DNA from: Chiloscyllium plagiosum
Taxonomy: Eukaryota
Assembly (NCBI RefSeq): GCF_004010195.1
Contig: NC_057719.1
Coordinates: 71,340,831-71,404,830, forward strand
Direction of reading: 5' to 3'
DNA: 64,000 bases
Shown: positions 61,835 through 64,000 of the stretch, piece by piece
How the letters are laid out: the number at the start of each line of letters is the position of its first letter
Position numbering within the stretch: the stretch's first letter is position 1
The notes under the pieces: generated by a model
What the model was told of the DNA's origin: nothing
Database searches by the model: none
What the model saw: the letters and a program-made list of their open reading frames with translations, nothing else
Program-made: the position numbers and the translations under genes

Positions 61835-62180
61835 ATTCTAAAGACTTCAGCACTTAATCTCGGTAGGCATTCCAGTATGGTGTTGCACTGTCAGAGGTGC
61901 CCATTTTCAGTTGAATTATTAAAACTGGACCCCATTCTTTTAGGTAAATGTAAAAAAGTTCATACTTCTGTTTTTTAAACGAGGAGGATGTGCTGACCAA
62001 TACTTAGCCCTCAACCAGCAACACCATCTGACCATTTACTCTGTAAGCTTAAGGTCTCACTGGGTGCAAATCAACTGTCTTGTTCACTACAATACAAAAG
62101 TGACTTTACATCAAAAGTATTTAATTGACCACCAAAATGCTTTTGGGCAGTTTGTGAAAGATGCTATCTAAATGCAAGTT
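61835..62180 (+). mobile_element. DeuSINE-like SINE
   Basis: GTGTTGCACTGTCAGAGGTGCC...TTTCAG...TTAAA...TGTAAAA...GTGCTGACCAATA, then an L2-like tail GTGAAAGATGCTATCTAAATGCAAGT. Confidence 0.68.
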
Positions 62181-64000
62181 CAGAGGCCCTCAATTTGGCG
62201 CTTTCATTTTGAGAACTCACCTCCGCCCTCTGGCCATTCATTGGATGTTCTAAGGAGAATCACATTGCATGACTATTTTGAACTCAGTTTACCTGGAGGT
62301 GTGGATCAGAAACCAACGCAGAAAATCCTATCCATTACTTCTCCAGGCTTTGTCACTTAATTTGAAAAAGAAGACTCCTCTTTCCCTGCCAATCCTAATG
62401 TCACGTTCAAACATATTATGCTTACATGCAGGAGCTGCTACCTCTATAAATGATCATTTCTTTACTGCTATCTCTCTACCACATACAGAGACCAGTACTT
62501 AATAGACAACTTATTTTTTCTGACTTTGAGTTAGTTAATGGCATCAACAATTCACAGGTTAAAGTGGTTTTAATTGCCTGAATTCTAAGTTCTTTTCATA
62601 AAATGGCCTATTTGCTAACTCTAGGTAACTACTTCCTGGTTGAAAATAACAACACTAGCTACCAGATTAAGGTCTTCCAACATTCCTCTGTAGCTCTTCC
62701 TGCTGCAGGTGGCAGAGAGATTGAGGAGGTTTAACATCAAATAGTTAGAAGTAGATAAGGAGAGGCTGTAACAAAAGGCACTTGATGAAGAGTGAGTACA
62801 AAAGTGGATCAGGCAAGTTAGCTGGACAAGTGTATGTTTATGTAGATCTCAAATGAAATATTTATCGCCATTGAGGAGCAATTGTGACAGTTTCAAGAAG
62901 CTGTACTAATTAGGGATAAGGAGAAGGAAGCTGAATGACATGTCTCAGCTTTCTCCAGTAACAACCAGATCTTGCTGTTTACACAGTATGTGAACGCTGT
63001 CCAAAGTAGACTGAAGTGTAGATACCAAATTATGGTTGGAATCCTACAAAATACGCCAATTATTGATTCACCATAGTGCAAAATGGAGACTTCGAAACAG
63101 TGTGATCTCAGTTCATCCTAAAGTATGGCAAGCGGCATAAGATACAAGTAAGTAGTTATCATAAGCTCAACAAATCTTACAAACCAAGTCACTGCTTGGG
63201 AGAAATGCCTGAGTGGCAATATTATTGAGAATTTCAGGCGGTGTTAAATAGCTGATCCTCCAAGTAATCATTACCTTTTAAATCAGGGATTCTCAGTCAT
63301 TGGTAGTAGTTATTTGTTTTTTTTTGGTTACTTGGCAAATCAGAATCGTCTAACACTGATGCAAGCAGCAAGTTCACTGAGAGAGGAAGTTACTTAAGCT
63401 TATTAAACAAGGTACTATCCATCAATTCATCTGTTAAAAAGAGGCCACCATATTAACTTGATGAATTTCATAGAATTGAATAATAGTGTCTGTATTTGTG
63501 TTACTAATCCTAAAGCTCAGAGATCAAAGATTAGTTACAATTAAAGTAAAATGAACAAACTTAAGTGAAAGCAAGATTGATATGAGCTAAGAATATGCAT
63601 TGGCAGCAGAACAAAATTTTAAACATGCAGTGAATTGCCAACATAGTCTGATTTATATTTTAAAAAAAGCCTGACTTGCCAAGAATATTAATCTCAAAGA
63701 TACAGGCTAAAGAGAACTTAAGAAGTGTACTTTTGTAAAACAGTTGCGTAGCTTGGCCAACTGGCATTCATTTCCCTGCTTTTCCGCTGCGAGGGCAGCA
63801 GGGATACTTTGTGACAAATTTAAGATCTTAGGATTAAGGGGAGGATAATAGGAGCTCCACTATTCCATGGTTTCAAACATTAATTTAATTGTTTAAACAA
63901 GTTCCCAATGTGGCCAAAATATGCTCTCTCTAAACTAGACTTTAAAAAGATCCCTGATCCATATTCTTTTAATATACAAAATTGCTCGTTTTTTATGAAG

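Noticed and set aside
62700..62718. Third CTCF-like motif GCTGCAGGTGGCAG
   Set aside because: It lacks the CC at the 5' end of the core, so it is too weak to call without data.
63772..63803. Hairpin TCCCTGCT...AGCAGGGA
   Set aside because: An 8-bp stem is expected by chance in 64 kb, and no RNA family features are evident.
1..64000. CRISPR arrays, operons, rRNA or prokaryotic systems
   Set aside because: No regularly spaced repeats, no dense ORF packing and no rRNA motifs. The content is vertebrate repeat-rich non-coding DNA.

Overview
Vertebrate genomic DNA, AT-rich and CpG-depleted, with two assembly gaps. The repeat repertoire suggests a cartilaginous fish (shark), by inference from HE1/V-SINE-like, DeuSINE-like, CR1, L2, Rex1, RTE, Penelope-like and Harbinger elements. 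I found no host protein-coding exon I can support. Every ORF with recognisable homology is a transposon remnant, so the window looks like a large intron or gene desert. Three things stand out. (1) At least seven short palindromic Penelope-like (PLE) insertions from several families carry minimal hammerhead-ribozyme motifs. Several share the same layout: an inverted repeat, a 31-40 nt tail on one arm only, and an 11-14 bp target-site duplication that overlaps the tail-less arm. One young copy (46994-47310) has intact hammerhead cores on both strands. (2) Remnants of a two-gene Harbinger transposon survive at three loci: a spliced Myb/SANT gene and a HARBI1-like DDE transposase. (3) Long stretches without recognisable transposons and two strong, divergently oriented CTCF-like motifs suggest a constrained regulatory landscape. 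Family names come from recalled motifs, not database searches. Boundaries of old repeats are approximate.
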